From an uncultured virus (IMG/VR IMGVR_UViG_3300025411_000009) (taxonomy: Duplodnaviria; Heunggongvirae; Uroviricota; Caudoviricetes): DNA of 64,000 bases. The notes under the pieces were generated by a model that saw nothing but the letters and a program-made list of their open reading frames with translations, was not told the DNA's origin and did no database searches. A program made the position numbers and the translations under genes. Numbering within the stretch: position 1 is the stretch's first letter; each line of letters opens with the position of its first letter. The DNA is taken from the IMG/VR virus record IMGVR_UViG_3300025411_000009; one strand, 5' to 3'. Below, in pieces: positions 48,783 through 58,452 of the stretch.

Positions 48783-49405
48783 TATAAACCAGTTACAATA
48801 GAACCAAAGCTTGTGTTACCTGAACTTGTATTTGAAGCAGTAGCATTCGCTAAAGCAACTAATGTTTCTTTTAAGTAACGAACTGTACCGTCGCTGTTCA
48901 CTTTCTTTTGAATATGAACCCAACCAGCAGTCATATTACCTACGTTTGCAATTGCGTTATTACCATTTGCTGTGCGAGATGCTGTAACTAAAATAGTATC
49001 TAGGAAATAAGTATTTGCACCTGCTGTTGTTCCATAATTGATAGCATTGTCAAATTCAACACCAAAACCTACGTTTACTGTATTGAATAAGTTTTGTGTT
49101 AATGTAATTGTGTTACCACTAACTGATGCTACTGTTGTATTTGATGCAAAGAAACCTGGATAACCATTACCTGCTGTGCCGCCAGGTAGTGCAAATCCGT
49201 TTGCCATGAAATAAACATATTGACCTGAAGTTACACCAGCATTGGCTACATTGTTTTGTGCGCCATCGTTGTAACTAACTCTAATTACGTTATTTCCTGC
49301 TGTATTACCAGATGAAACTATAAATTGTAAAACTTCTCTTGTTTGACGTAAATAGTCAAACTTTGGTTTTTGATTACCAGTATCGGTATTTCCCCATGTT
49401 GGCAT
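48782..49405 (-). CDS. Probable virion structural protein
   Basis: MPTWGNTD...AGWV...ETLVAL; Asn/Thr-rich; GATAAATA late-like motif upstream. Confidence 0.6.
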   Translation of the reverse strand: MPTWGNTDTGNQKPKFDYLRQTREVLQFIVSSGNTAGNNVIRVSYNDGAQNNVANAGVTSGQYVYFMANGFALPGGTAGNGYPGFFASNTTVASVSGNTITLTQNLFNTVNVGFGVEFDNAINYGTTAGANTYFLDTILVTASRTANGNNAIANVGNMTAGWVHIQKKVNSDGTVRYLKETLVALANATASNTSSGNTSFGSIVTGL

Positions 49406-49455
49406 TTCTTTTCTCCTTTTAACCTCGGGTTAGTTATGTTAAGTATTTATCTAAT

Positions 49456-50655
49456 CTAGCCTCTTGGTGCTTCTTTAGGCTTGTCTTTCTTGTCATCTTT
49501 TTTGTCGTCTTTCTTCTTTGTTGGATCTGGTTGATTAGGACGACTTCTCATCAATGGATCAAGTTCTACTGTATCTCTTTTCTCACCTGTTAGTGTAGTA
49601 CCGCCAGATAATGTGCCTGCAGCTTCAGATTTCTTTTCACCATTATTATTTTCTGCATTCTTATCTTCTTGCTTTTCAAATTTAGGTTTTTTACCATAAG
49701 ATGCTACAGATTTATCTTCTTTTTCCCAATCATGCATATCTTCTTTCATAGCTCTTTTTTTAACTACACCTAAAATTAATTGAGCTTTTCTAGATAATTT
49801 TTTTGTAACAGATTCTGCGCCACCGTTTGCTCCATCTGCTGGTGAAATTGTTGCTGATTTTGTATCACCTATTAAGTCTTCTTGTATTTCAAACTGTTCT
49901 CTGTGTGGAAAACTAGAATCTTCTGGTTCTTTTGTTACATCTAAAGTATCAGCATCTTCACCTTTAGCATGAGATAATCTAATTTTATATGATAATACAG
50001 CATTAGCTTTACCGCCTTTAACTCTACCAGCTAAAGTGTCTGTAGTCAATTCTTCAGCATCAATGCTAGTGCGATTTTCATCTGCGTCTTTATTTAATTT
50101 TGAAGCCATTACTGAAGCTGCTATTTCTGTAGTGTATTCAACTTCTTCTTTAGAAATTCTAATCTTATAACTCTTAAACTCGTTTGGTTTACCACCTTTG
50201 ACACGACCACGAAGCATATCTGTGGTCTTTTCATCAGGATGAGCTGCTTCACTTGTTGGTTTTTTCATAGTAACAACCTTTGATGAATTTGTATGAACAG
50301 GTTTAATTTCGTGATGTTTACTAACCTTTTCTAAATCTTTTTCTCTTTGTGCTGTAGGTGAATGAACATCTTTAGAACGAGCATCACCAGCATATCGGCT
50401 AGTTGTCATATCTTCCATTTGAGTGCCTGATTGATGGTCTCTTAACCATTTCTTAAATTCATTAGATTTAGCATAAGCATCTTTTGTATCAACGGCAGCA
50501 AATTTAGGATTAATTCCTCTAGATGATAAGAATTTATCTAGCATAGCTGTTTCATTGATATTAGATTTTACTGACCAAGGATCAGATGGATTTTTTCCAA
50601 ATCTGCTTGCTGGTGCAATATTCTTTTTAATTACATCTTTTAGTGTTTTAGCCAT
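49456..50655 (-). CDS. Probable internal head/core protein
   Basis: Highly charged; repeated hydrophobic-x-E sites; internal TTD.L.GRVKGGK repeat. Confidence 0.55.
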   Translation of the reverse strand: MAKTLKDVIKKNIAPASRFGKNPSDPWSVKSNINETAMLDKFLSSRGINPKFAAVDTKDAYAKSNEFKKWLRDHQSGTQMEDMTTSRYAGDARSKDVHSPTAQREKDLEKVSKHHEIKPVHTNSSKVVTMKKPTSEAAHPDEKTTDMLRGRVKGGKPNEFKSYKIRISKEEVEYTTEIAASVMASKLNKDADENRTSIDAEELTTDTLAGRVKGGKANAVLSYKIRLSHAKGEDADTLDVTKEPEDSSFPHREQFEIQEDLIGDTKSATISPADGANGGAESVTKKLSRKAQLILGVVKKRAMKEDMHDWEKEDKSVASYGKKPKFEKQEDKNAENNNGEKKSEAAGTLSGGTTLTGEKRDTVELDPLMRSRPNQPDPTKKKDDKKDDKKDKPKEAPRG

Positions 50656-50665
50656 GTTGTTCTCT

Positions 50666-52687
50666 TTAGTTAGAAATTTTACCCATCATTGTTTCTTGTT
50701 TTACTTTTTTTAGTGCTTGTTTAGCAATATCTTTAACTCTAGACATTGGTGTATGTTTAGCACCAGACTTATCTGTTACAGTACCAGGTGATTTTTTCCA
50801 TGGTGATTCTTTTTGCCATGAACCTTCTGCTTCTTCTTTAGCAACTTGTGATGCTGTTTTATGACCAGCAATAACTGCTAAATCTTTACCTGAAATGCCA
50901 TGTTCTTTGCCTACTGCATTGTAGTCTGCTGAAGTAAATTCTTTATGACTTTTGTATCCTTTTTTATCAGCATGGTTCATCATTGAAGTGTAGATATCTT
51001 TCATTTTGCCTTCATTGATTTCAACTTCAGTTTCTTCTTTAGCAACTTGTGATGCTGTTTTATGACCAGCAATTACTGCTAAATCTTTACCTGAAATACC
51101 ATGTTCTTTACCTACAGCAGTATAATCAGCTGGTGTAAATTCTTTATGGCTCTTATAACCTTTTTTATCAGCATGCATCATCATTGAAGTGTAGATATCT
51201 TTCATCTTGCCTTCATCAATATATTCTACATCTTCTTTAGCTAACTTATCAATAGCTAAATCATGGCCTTTTTCTCTTTTCCATGCACCACTTTGGTACT
51301 TTTTAGAAAGACTAGACCATGTTTCTTTTTTTCTTGGACTTCTAGCTGTATTAGATTTAGCAAGAAAATCTCTAGCTACTGTTTGTTTAATACGAGCATC
51401 ATGAGAGGCTTTCTTAGCATATGATGCTAAAGTTTTTGGATCCAACTCATCAAGTTGTTCTACTTCTTCTTGCATTCTACCGTCATGAACTTTCATTACT
51501 CGTTCAATCTTACGAACTCTTAAACCAGCAAATGGACCTTTACCCATAGCTTTGTTTGCTGTTTCAATAGCATGACCGTCATGTTCAGCATCGATTAATA
51601 ATTTAGCCATCCAGTTACCATCATTGTCTTCGTAGTGAGCAACATGAGTATAATCACCATCATCTTTACCTTCATCGATTAAATCAAATTCAATATCTTC
51701 TTGATAATGGTCACATCCATCATCTACTTGATGTTTGTCGTGATGTTTTTTAAAATCAGACACTCTCTTTTTATGCTCTCCTTTTTCTTTATGGCGTAAA
51801 TGTTTTAATTCACCCATAACTTCTTCTTGTGTTACTTGCTCTAATTCTTTAGATGTGAAATAAGCTTGTGGAGTAGGTTTACCTAATTTGTCATCTGTTT
51901 TGATATCTACAGGACCTGGATTAGTAGTAATCTTTTGTCTTTCTTTTGTTTCACCTTTATTTTCTGTATTAGGTTTAGTAATGTCTGCATCTTCTTTCAT
52001 CGCTTGCTTAGTAGCAGTAGCATACATTACATTTTTCCAATTTTTACCATACTTTGCTTTAAACTGAGCAGTTTTATCTTTCATGCTCATTACAATTTTT
52101 TCTCTTTTCTTCATTTGAGCATCAGACATTTCTTCTTCACCAAGATTGTTATCGGTGAATACGTCAGGAGCACCTGCTAAAGGACCTTTTGCTTCTAACA
52201 TTGATTTTAATTTCTTAGCAAAAGATAATTCTTCTTTATGCATTGATTTTTCATGACCCTTAACTTCTTTTCTAGCAATATCTTTAACTTTAGCATAGTC
52301 ACAATCAACTTTACCATCTTCTGTAACCTTAACTGGATATTTTTTGCCTTTGAATTCAAAATGTGATTGGCCTGCTTTGTGAGCAGCATGTGCAGCCATG
52401 CGTAAGCCAGATTCATCCATTTCAGCTTCATCTAATTTAACTTCTTCATCCATTTCATCATCTTTTTGTTTAGCACCACCGTAAGCATGACCAGCAACCT
52501 TACGGGTAGCAGATGGAGAATGTCCTTTTTCTGCCTTTTCAGCATCTTGTTTATCTCGTAATGCGTCTAGTTTCTTTTTACGAGCAATAGCCTCTGGATC
52601 AGGTTTAGCTGGTTCAACTTTAGCCTCTCCTAATACTTGGTTAACGGCATCAATCATTGATTGGGTTACTTTATCTTTTTGAAACAT
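50666..52687 (-). CDS. Modular internal head/prohead core-like protein
   Basis: Charged; many (L/I/V/M)-x-E sites; YGKNWKNVMYATATKQA motif; tandem duplication. Confidence 0.6.
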   Translation of the reverse strand: MFQKDKVTQSMIDAVNQVLGEAKVEPAKPDPEAIARKKKLDALRDKQDAEKAEKGHSPSATRKVAGHAYGGAKQKDDEMDEEVKLDEAEMDESGLRMAAHAAHKAGQSHFEFKGKKYPVKVTEDGKVDCDYAKVKDIARKEVKGHEKSMHKEELSFAKKLKSMLEAKGPLAGAPDVFTDNNLGEEEMSDAQMKKREKIVMSMKDKTAQFKAKYGKNWKNVMYATATKQAMKEDADITKPNTENKGETKERQKITTNPGPVDIKTDDKLGKPTPQAYFTSKELEQVTQEEVMGELKHLRHKEKGEHKKRVSDFKKHHDKHQVDDGCDHYQEDIEFDLIDEGKDDGDYTHVAHYEDNDGNWMAKLLIDAEHDGHAIETANKAMGKGPFAGLRVRKIERVMKVHDGRMQEEVEQLDELDPKTLASYAKKASHDARIKQTVARDFLAKSNTARSPRKKETWSSLSKKYQSGAWKREKGHDLAIDKLAKEDVEYIDEGKMKDIYTSMMMHADKKGYKSHKEFTPADYTAVGKEHGISGKDLAVIAGHKTASQVAKEETEVEINEGKMKDIYTSMMNHADKKGYKSHKEFTSADYNAVGKEHGISGKDLAVIAGHKTASQVAKEEAEGSWQKESPWKKSPGTVTDKSGAKHTPMSRVKDIAKQALKKVKQETMMGKISN
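50831..51216 (-). repeat. Tandem coding duplication with 201-nt period
   Basis: EGKMKDIYTSMM.HADKKGYKSHKEFT...HKTASQVAKEE at 51032-51216 and 50831-51015. Confidence 0.9.
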
Positions 52688-52700
52688 TTTTATTTCTCCT

Positions 52701-53396
52701 TTATCTGCATTTCCACTTGCGTAATGCGAGTGCTTTTCTTGTTGGTTTACCATCTGGTTTTTTCATTGGTCCAGGCATTCCACCCATTCTAGCACAGAAT
52801 GATTTTCTGCGTTTAGCGGCTTTACTTCCTGGTTTTACTTTGCCTGTAACGGCCTTTTTTAATTTAGATCCTGGATTCTCTCTACGATAAGAAGCAATTC
52901 CTTTTGCATTTAAACCACCTGTAGGACTTTTACCTTCTTTTCTGCGCCAAGCGGCAGTTTCGTATAGTTCTTCATCTGAAACATCTTCAAGATTTTCCCA
53001 AAGAATATCTGGATCAATATTACTTTCTTCTGCGATGCCATCAACTACTTCTTCTAAAATATCAAACAATTCTTCAAGTTCTTCTGTTGTAGGCTTAACT
53101 TGTAATCTCTTAAATGCGTTATCAACACCTTTTTGTCTTTTTGGTACTAATTTACCATACATATCAGGTTGATAGCCAGTCTTTTTTAATTGGTCTGTTG
53201 TAACTTTATCCAAATATCTCTTAACTGTTTCTTTGTCTATTTCATTTACTTGTTCTACTTCTTCAGGTACACAGTTTGGTACTGTTCTACCATTCTTTTG
53301 TTTAGTACCAATTGCTGTATAACCTTTCCAACAAGCCTTTTTTAAGGCACCTGTAGGTTTCTTAACTTCGTCAAGATATTGTTTAAATTTTAGCAT
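52701..53396 (-). CDS. Probable internal protein with DUF6321-like basic C-terminal domain
   Basis: MLKFKQYLDE leader; CWKGY...VPNCVPEE; AWRRKEGKSPTGGLN...SFCARM...LRKWKC. Confidence 0.65.
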   Translation of the reverse strand: MLKFKQYLDEVKKPTGALKKACWKGYTAIGTKQKNGRTVPNCVPEEVEQVNEIDKETVKRYLDKVTTDQLKKTGYQPDMYGKLVPKRQKGVDNAFKRLQVKPTTEELEELFDILEEVVDGIAEESNIDPDILWENLEDVSDEELYETAAWRRKEGKSPTGGLNAKGIASYRRENPGSKLKKAVTGKVKPGSKAAKRRKSFCARMGGMPGPMKKPDGKPTRKALALRKWKCR

Positions 53397-55299
53397 TTTT
53401 CTTCTTCTTCTTTAATGAATAGTCATTTTGTATATGTCTAATAGGGTCTTTATAACTGTCCATACGTTCTTTATTGTCTGAACCGCCCAAGACACCACCA
53501 ACACCAGATTCTACATCATTTTGAAAGCCATTAAACTCTTTAATGCTTTTTCTAAATTTATTAAACGGTTTCTTTTCTGCTAATGGATTAGGTTCTAATT
53601 TAGCACCTAGCATTGCTGTACCGTTCTGACTTGCGTTACTATATTCTCTATCTTCGCTATATGTTTGGTCGCCAAGTCCGGCACCTGCTGCGGCACCTTG
53701 ACCACCTGCTCTTGTATCGTATGTTCTTCCTAAGCCTGGTGGTTGAGTCACTCGACCAGCACTTAATGAACTATTACCTCTTTTTAACTTCTTGTTCTTA
53801 TCATTGTCATAATTAAAGTTTGGTTCTTTTGGTGGTTTATTCCAAGTTAATGTTGGTGCTGCTTCATTATAAGCACCAGACCAAGAACCACCCGAATGAC
53901 CTTGACCGTTTGGGTCTTTTCTAGGTAATACATTACCTTTAATTTGGTCACCTTTTAGTGTATTGTCACTTGTAACACTAAATCTACTTGTGCGATTATC
54001 TCTTTTAATATCTGCAGGACCTTTTGCTTTATAGAAAGCATTATATTTACCTACAGTTTTAAGTTGAATACCTTTGGCATCTTTTTCATTGAATAATTCA
54101 TTAACTTTTTCATTCAAGTTAATGTTTCTCAAATACCAATCATCAACTGTTTCGTTTATCGCCTTAGCATCTAAAAATATCTTTGTTGATTGATAGATGT
54201 CATTGATATCTTCTTCTTTTGTATCAATATAACCTGTATTATCAAAGGCAACAAAGTTGTTAAATGCCTCAATGAAATATTTAGTATTTTCTTGAGATTT
54301 ACTCCACTTATCCTGTCTAATAGATTCAACCATCATTCTGGATAGTAAAGTATTTCTTTCTTTAGATACTTCGTTAGTTGTATTGACAAAAATCATCATG
54401 GTTTCGTAACCAAGTTCTTCTAATTCTTCTTTGATATGATTGATTTTTTCTAAATCATCAGCTGGACCGTTGATAATTAATGGACCTCTTGTTCTGACTG
54501 CTTCATTTCTAGGATTCATTGATTTCATAGCAAGTTTTTGTTTATCGTTAAGAATATCTACCACTTGTGTAAAGTTTAATTCAGTAATCTTTGATTCAGC
54601 AATAGCTTCACGAATAACAATATCTTTACCTGAACCTGGACCACCAGTCACAAATATTGCTTTAAACATACCTCTATCGAATTGTTCATTAAGACCCATG
54701 CCTCTACGAACATCTTTCATTAATTCTCTAGCGTGATGGTCAGGAACATGAGATGGAACACCTTGTCTAAATGATGAGAAATCATTGTTCTTAGCGTGTT
54801 CTCTCATCTTTGTACCAGACATACCTTCTGCACCTTCCGAATCTGGATCACGATGGCCTGCTGACTTAACTTCTATCTTTTTGAAATTGAAGTAACCGTG
54901 TTGTCCTTCTTTACCATTGTATTTGTGTAATAAGTCCTGATATTCTTTAACTCTATCAGAACCAGCAACCATAATCAAATGGTCGTGTCCTTGAGCATGC
55001 AATTTAGCAGCATGATGTAATATAGTTGGATGGTCTTTTGAAGATGTTTCAAAATTAGTACCAGGTGAATATCTTTTTAAATGTTTAAGTTTTTGTTGGC
55101 CTGATAATGGATTTCTTTTTGAATCTTGTGTATGAGTAACAATAACTTTATGTTTAGCTTTGTTTTTATCTGCTATTTCTCTAACCTTATCAATAAGTTT
55201 TAGATGACCTGATGTAGGAGGATTCATACGACCAAAACCTACCACCACAGGTTTATGTGTCGATTGTTTTTCTTCTACTAATTCTAAAAAGGTCTTCAT
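53383..55299 (-). CDS. HxGH-type nucleotidyltransferase fused to P-loop kinase-like domain
   Basis: GRMNPPTSGH, VAGSDRV, SGTKMR, then AIFVTGGPGSGKD. Confidence 0.8.
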   Translation of the reverse strand: MKTFLELVEEKQSTHKPVVVGFGRMNPPTSGHLKLIDKVREIADKNKAKHKVIVTHTQDSKRNPLSGQQKLKHLKRYSPGTNFETSSKDHPTILHHAAKLHAQGHDHLIMVAGSDRVKEYQDLLHKYNGKEGQHGYFNFKKIEVKSAGHRDPDSEGAEGMSGTKMREHAKNNDFSSFRQGVPSHVPDHHARELMKDVRRGMGLNEQFDRGMFKAIFVTGGPGSGKDIVIREAIAESKITELNFTQVVDILNDKQKLAMKSMNPRNEAVRTRGPLIINGPADDLEKINHIKEELEELGYETMMIFVNTTNEVSKERNTLLSRMMVESIRQDKWSKSQENTKYFIEAFNNFVAFDNTGYIDTKEEDINDIYQSTKIFLDAKAINETVDDWYLRNINLNEKVNELFNEKDAKGIQLKTVGKYNAFYKAKGPADIKRDNRTSRFSVTSDNTLKGDQIKGNVLPRKDPNGQGHSGGSWSGAYNEAAPTLTWNKPPKEPNFNYDNDKNKKLKRGNSSLSAGRVTQPPGLGRTYDTRAGGQGAAAGAGLGDQTYSEDREYSNASQNGTAMLGAKLEPNPLAEKKPFNKFRKSIKEFNGFQNDVESGVGGVLGGSDNKERMDSYKDPIRHIQNDYSLKKKKKNAKI

Positions 55300-56477
55300 T
55301 TTCTCACTTTTAAAAGGTTGGCTTTACTAAATTCTGCTCTATTAACTAATTTTGTTGGTTCACCAGCATGATTGATAACAAACCCTTCTGGATTTGTTCT
55401 CTTTTTACCAATATGGTGTTCTAAACCGCCCTCATGTTGGTTTAAATTATTAACTAATATATCTTTTGCTTGCTGTAAATGATGATGCATTTTCAACAAA
55501 TTATTATAGTGTTCTTTATTGTTATCTATATGGTCTGCATGCTTATTAGCTTCACTTGCTTTACGAGATTGTGCTGCTGGTGTTTTTAACTTATCAATCT
55601 CTTTTTTATACTTACTAGCTATATGCTTTTTAAGTCCTTCAGCAGATGGAGTTTCACCTGTTCTGACTGTATGATTTATATATGTTGCTAAATGCCCAGC
55701 ATCTCCTTGATGTGGTTGTGTAGCTTTATACATTGTTGATTTATGTTCATCATGTATTGCTTTTGCTGCGGCCATATGAGAATTAAATTCTTTTTGGTCA
55801 TTTTCTGAATAATGGACTTGTTTAGTATCGTGATTGGCTGATTTGTGCCATACATCTGGATGTTGTGCGAAGTTATGTAAATCTGGATGTGGGTCTGCTT
55901 TCATTGAAGCAATATTGTCACCATGATATTGTGTGTGAACAATAACACCCATTTTAGATTTTCTAATCTTATTTGCTTCTTCACCTTTTCCTGTATATGT
56001 AATGGTATTAGGAGTGAAAGAAACACCGTTTTTAGTTTCTTTTTTATCAGTTGAACCAAACATCATATCACCTTGATAAACGCCTGTTTTAGGTGATACT
56101 TTTTTGAGATGATTTAAAGCGTCATGGAGTTTGTCCATAAGACCAGGCGCATGGCCGTGATTCTTTTCTATATCCTTATGGGTATAATTCAACTTTGGAT
56201 TTTTATTGAATGCTGATTTGGATGCTACAAAGAATTTACCTGTTTCTGGATGATGACCAAAAACAACAGCAGGCGAACCATCATATTTCATTGTTAATGC
56301 TGAACTGTGACCGCCAGATTTTATGTGTTCGTGCGCTTGATTTAATGCATTGAAGGCGTGAGTAAAACCTTTGCCACCATGTAATAAAGGCCTGTCTTCA
56401 GCATGATGAATGTGCTTAAGTTTGCCTTCTGGTGATGGCTCGTATTCTTCTTTTAAAAACGTCTTGAATGTTATCAT
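55296..56477 (-). CDS. DUF6267-like protein with ATP-dependent ligase-type motifs
   Basis: KYDGSP, YQGDMMF, EGFVI, KLVNR; late promoter TATAAATA at 56525-56532. Confidence 0.65.
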   Translation of the reverse strand: MITFKTFLKEEYEPSPEGKLKHIHHAEDRPLLHGGKGFTHAFNALNQAHEHIKSGGHSSALTMKYDGSPAVVFGHHPETGKFFVASKSAFNKNPKLNYTHKDIEKNHGHAPGLMDKLHDALNHLKKVSPKTGVYQGDMMFGSTDKKETKNGVSFTPNTITYTGKGEEANKIRKSKMGVIVHTQYHGDNIASMKADPHPDLHNFAQHPDVWHKSANHDTKQVHYSENDQKEFNSHMAAAKAIHDEHKSTMYKATQPHQGDAGHLATYINHTVRTGETPSAEGLKKHIASKYKKEIDKLKTPAAQSRKASEANKHADHIDNNKEHYNNLLKMHHHLQQAKDILVNNLNQHEGGLEHHIGKKRTNPEGFVINHAGEPTKLVNRAEFSKANLLKVRK

Positions 56478-56573
56478 TAAATCTTTCTGACTGCAACACA
56501 CTATGGTTGCCTGTAACGATTACCTATTTATACAACTTTGATGCTTTTGCTTTTGGAACGCTAGAATTGTTGG

Positions 56574-57044
56574 CTATGATATATAGATATCGGAAAATTG
56601 AGTTTTGGTAATAATAGATACAAAATCCGAACAAATTCCATAACAATCAGGATTATATCCTTTAGAGATATCATTGTTCCATTCAGGTAAAACACAAATA
56701 CTATTCTTGGTTAATGGTTTATCTGGATAAGTCCAAATATAACCTTTAGAAGTTAAAGTGAAGTTATCTTCTTGATGCCAAAAGAAATTTAATTTTGAAT
56801 CGGCACCCAATACATATAGAGCATCTAAATTTTTTGCGTGAATCCAAAATCTAGAATCTTCTAAAAAACTATATTCAACTTTGTATGTTGGACTATCATG
56901 GCCAAGATACCATTGATTATCTACAAACCAAACATCAACTTCAACATCAAATCCTTTAATTAAAGCTTGATTGATTTGAGTAGGACTATTTTCTTTATCT
57001 TTATCTGGACCATCAAAAAGACCACGATGTGCAATATATTTCAT
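56574..57044 (-). CDS. Glycerophosphodiester phosphodiesterase-like protein
   Basis: IAHRG, EN, DVEVDVW, LGHD, WIHAKN, GICSD. Confidence 0.78.
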   Translation of the reverse strand: MKYIAHRGLFDGPDKDKENSPTQINQALIKGFDVEVDVWFVDNQWYLGHDSPTYKVEYSFLEDSRFWIHAKNLDALYVLGADSKLNFFWHQEDNFTLTSKGYIWTYPDKPLTKNSICVLPEWNNDISKGYNPDCYGICSDFVSIITKTQFSDIYIS

Positions 57045-57742
57045 TTTATAATATAAGCGGTTGGCGCTTTAATACCGGTTGTATGTAATGTTAGACCCAT
57101 TTCTTTAATAAAATCATCTGCACCATTCGATTCACTCCAACTATGATAAGCATATTCATCAAATACAATTACTCCGCCAGTTACAATATTATTCCAAAAT
57201 GTTTTGAGTGCTGCATATGTTGGTTTATCTAGGTCCATATCCAAATACAATATACTGATTCTTAAACCTGGTTTTTCTTCTACTGTATTTTGTGAGGTTT
57301 CAATGATATCACCTTTAATCAACTCAAACTTTGATGAATCAAAACCAGCATTAATAATTTTATTTTGAATTCCTTCATACGAAACATCATCTACAATTAA
57401 ATTTTTATCTCTTGTAAAAACTTGCTTCATTGTATCTTTATCTACACCAGTTTTCATATCATCAACAAAACTTGGATCAAAAAAATCATAACCCATTACT
57501 TTCTTGATACTATTAGGTTCGTTCATGGCCAATATTTTTAACCATGCCAAGATTCCTGAACCTTTGAAAACTCCACACTCAACAATATCGCCAGGTAGAT
57601 GTTTTGTCATTTCATAGAAATACATTTTACTGTATAACTTATTAAACACAACTCTATCATTACTAAACATAAAGTTATTGTAACTGTCATACATATTTTG
57701 ATTTTTTTGGATATCGGAATTGTCGTTGTATAGATTTGTCAT
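57041..57742 (-). CDS. TylF-like sugar O-methyltransferase
   Basis: GDIVECGVFKG, LYLDMDL, GGVIVFDEY. Confidence 0.85.
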   Translation of the reverse strand: MTNLYNDNSDIQKNQNMYDSYNNFMFSNDRVVFNKLYSKMYFYEMTKHLPGDIVECGVFKGSGILAWLKILAMNEPNSIKKVMGYDFFDPSFVDDMKTGVDKDTMKQVFTRDKNLIVDDVSYEGIQNKIINAGFDSSKFELIKGDIIETSQNTVEEKPGLRISILYLDMDLDKPTYAALKTFWNNIVTGGVIVFDEYAYHSWSESNGADDFIKEMGLTLHTTGIKAPTAYIIK

Positions 57743-58452
57743 AGCACTAGTTCTGTTCCATTCTTTCTTAATAGATGTTTAATTGAATTACGGACCAATT
57801 TGGTTATATTATTATGTTTAAGTGCGTTTTGTAATATGCCATGTGGAGGACATAGATGACTATCTTCGTAGATAGGATTATAAAACTCATTAAACATAAA
57901 ATCGGACATCTTAATCATGTTATCTCTTGAAGTGAAAAAGAATTGGTCACCAGGTAAAGCATCAGCTGGGCTAGTACCGTGATGATAACCCATTTCATTT
58001 TCTTGAATATCTAATATAATAGGTTCGTCTTGATACACCAAATCAAATCGAGTGCGGACTAAAATATCATACTTAAAATTGTTTTGGTTCTCGTAATGTT
58101 GAACCATTTCTGTTGCAATTTTAAACTTACGATATTGACCATACGACTGATAAGCATTTTCTGGTATGTTCAATTTAATTTCTCGCAGTTCATTCTTAAT
58201 TATTTCGTCTACTTGAGAAAATTGTTCAATGTTTGCCAATTTAACATTTACGTCAGATAATCCTTCAATCCATGTCTGTTCGGTAATAAGTTCATCTTGT
58301 GTATCAGTCACACCCCATCCTCTAGGATGATATCCATATCGTAAATCGTATGAACAAATAAATGTATCAATATCTCCAAATTGTTTTAGAAAACTTGGCT
58401 TTGTTTCGTTCCAAGTTCTATAATTTCCAACAATCATTACCGCTGTTTTCAT
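57739..58452 (-). CDS. Glycosyltransferase-like protein
   Basis: TAVMIVGNYR...YDILVRTRFD...DQFF. Confidence 0.6.
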   Translation of the reverse strand: MKTAVMIVGNYRTWNETKPSFLKQFGDIDTFICSYDLRYGYHPRGWGVTDTQDELITEQTWIEGLSDVNVKLANIEQFSQVDEIIKNELREIKLNIPENAYQSYGQYRKFKIATEMVQHYENQNNFKYDILVRTRFDLVYQDEPIILDIQENEMGYHHGTSPADALPGDQFFFTSRDNMIKMSDFMFNEFYNPIYEDSHLCPPHGILQNALKHNNITKLVRNSIKHLLRKNGTELVL

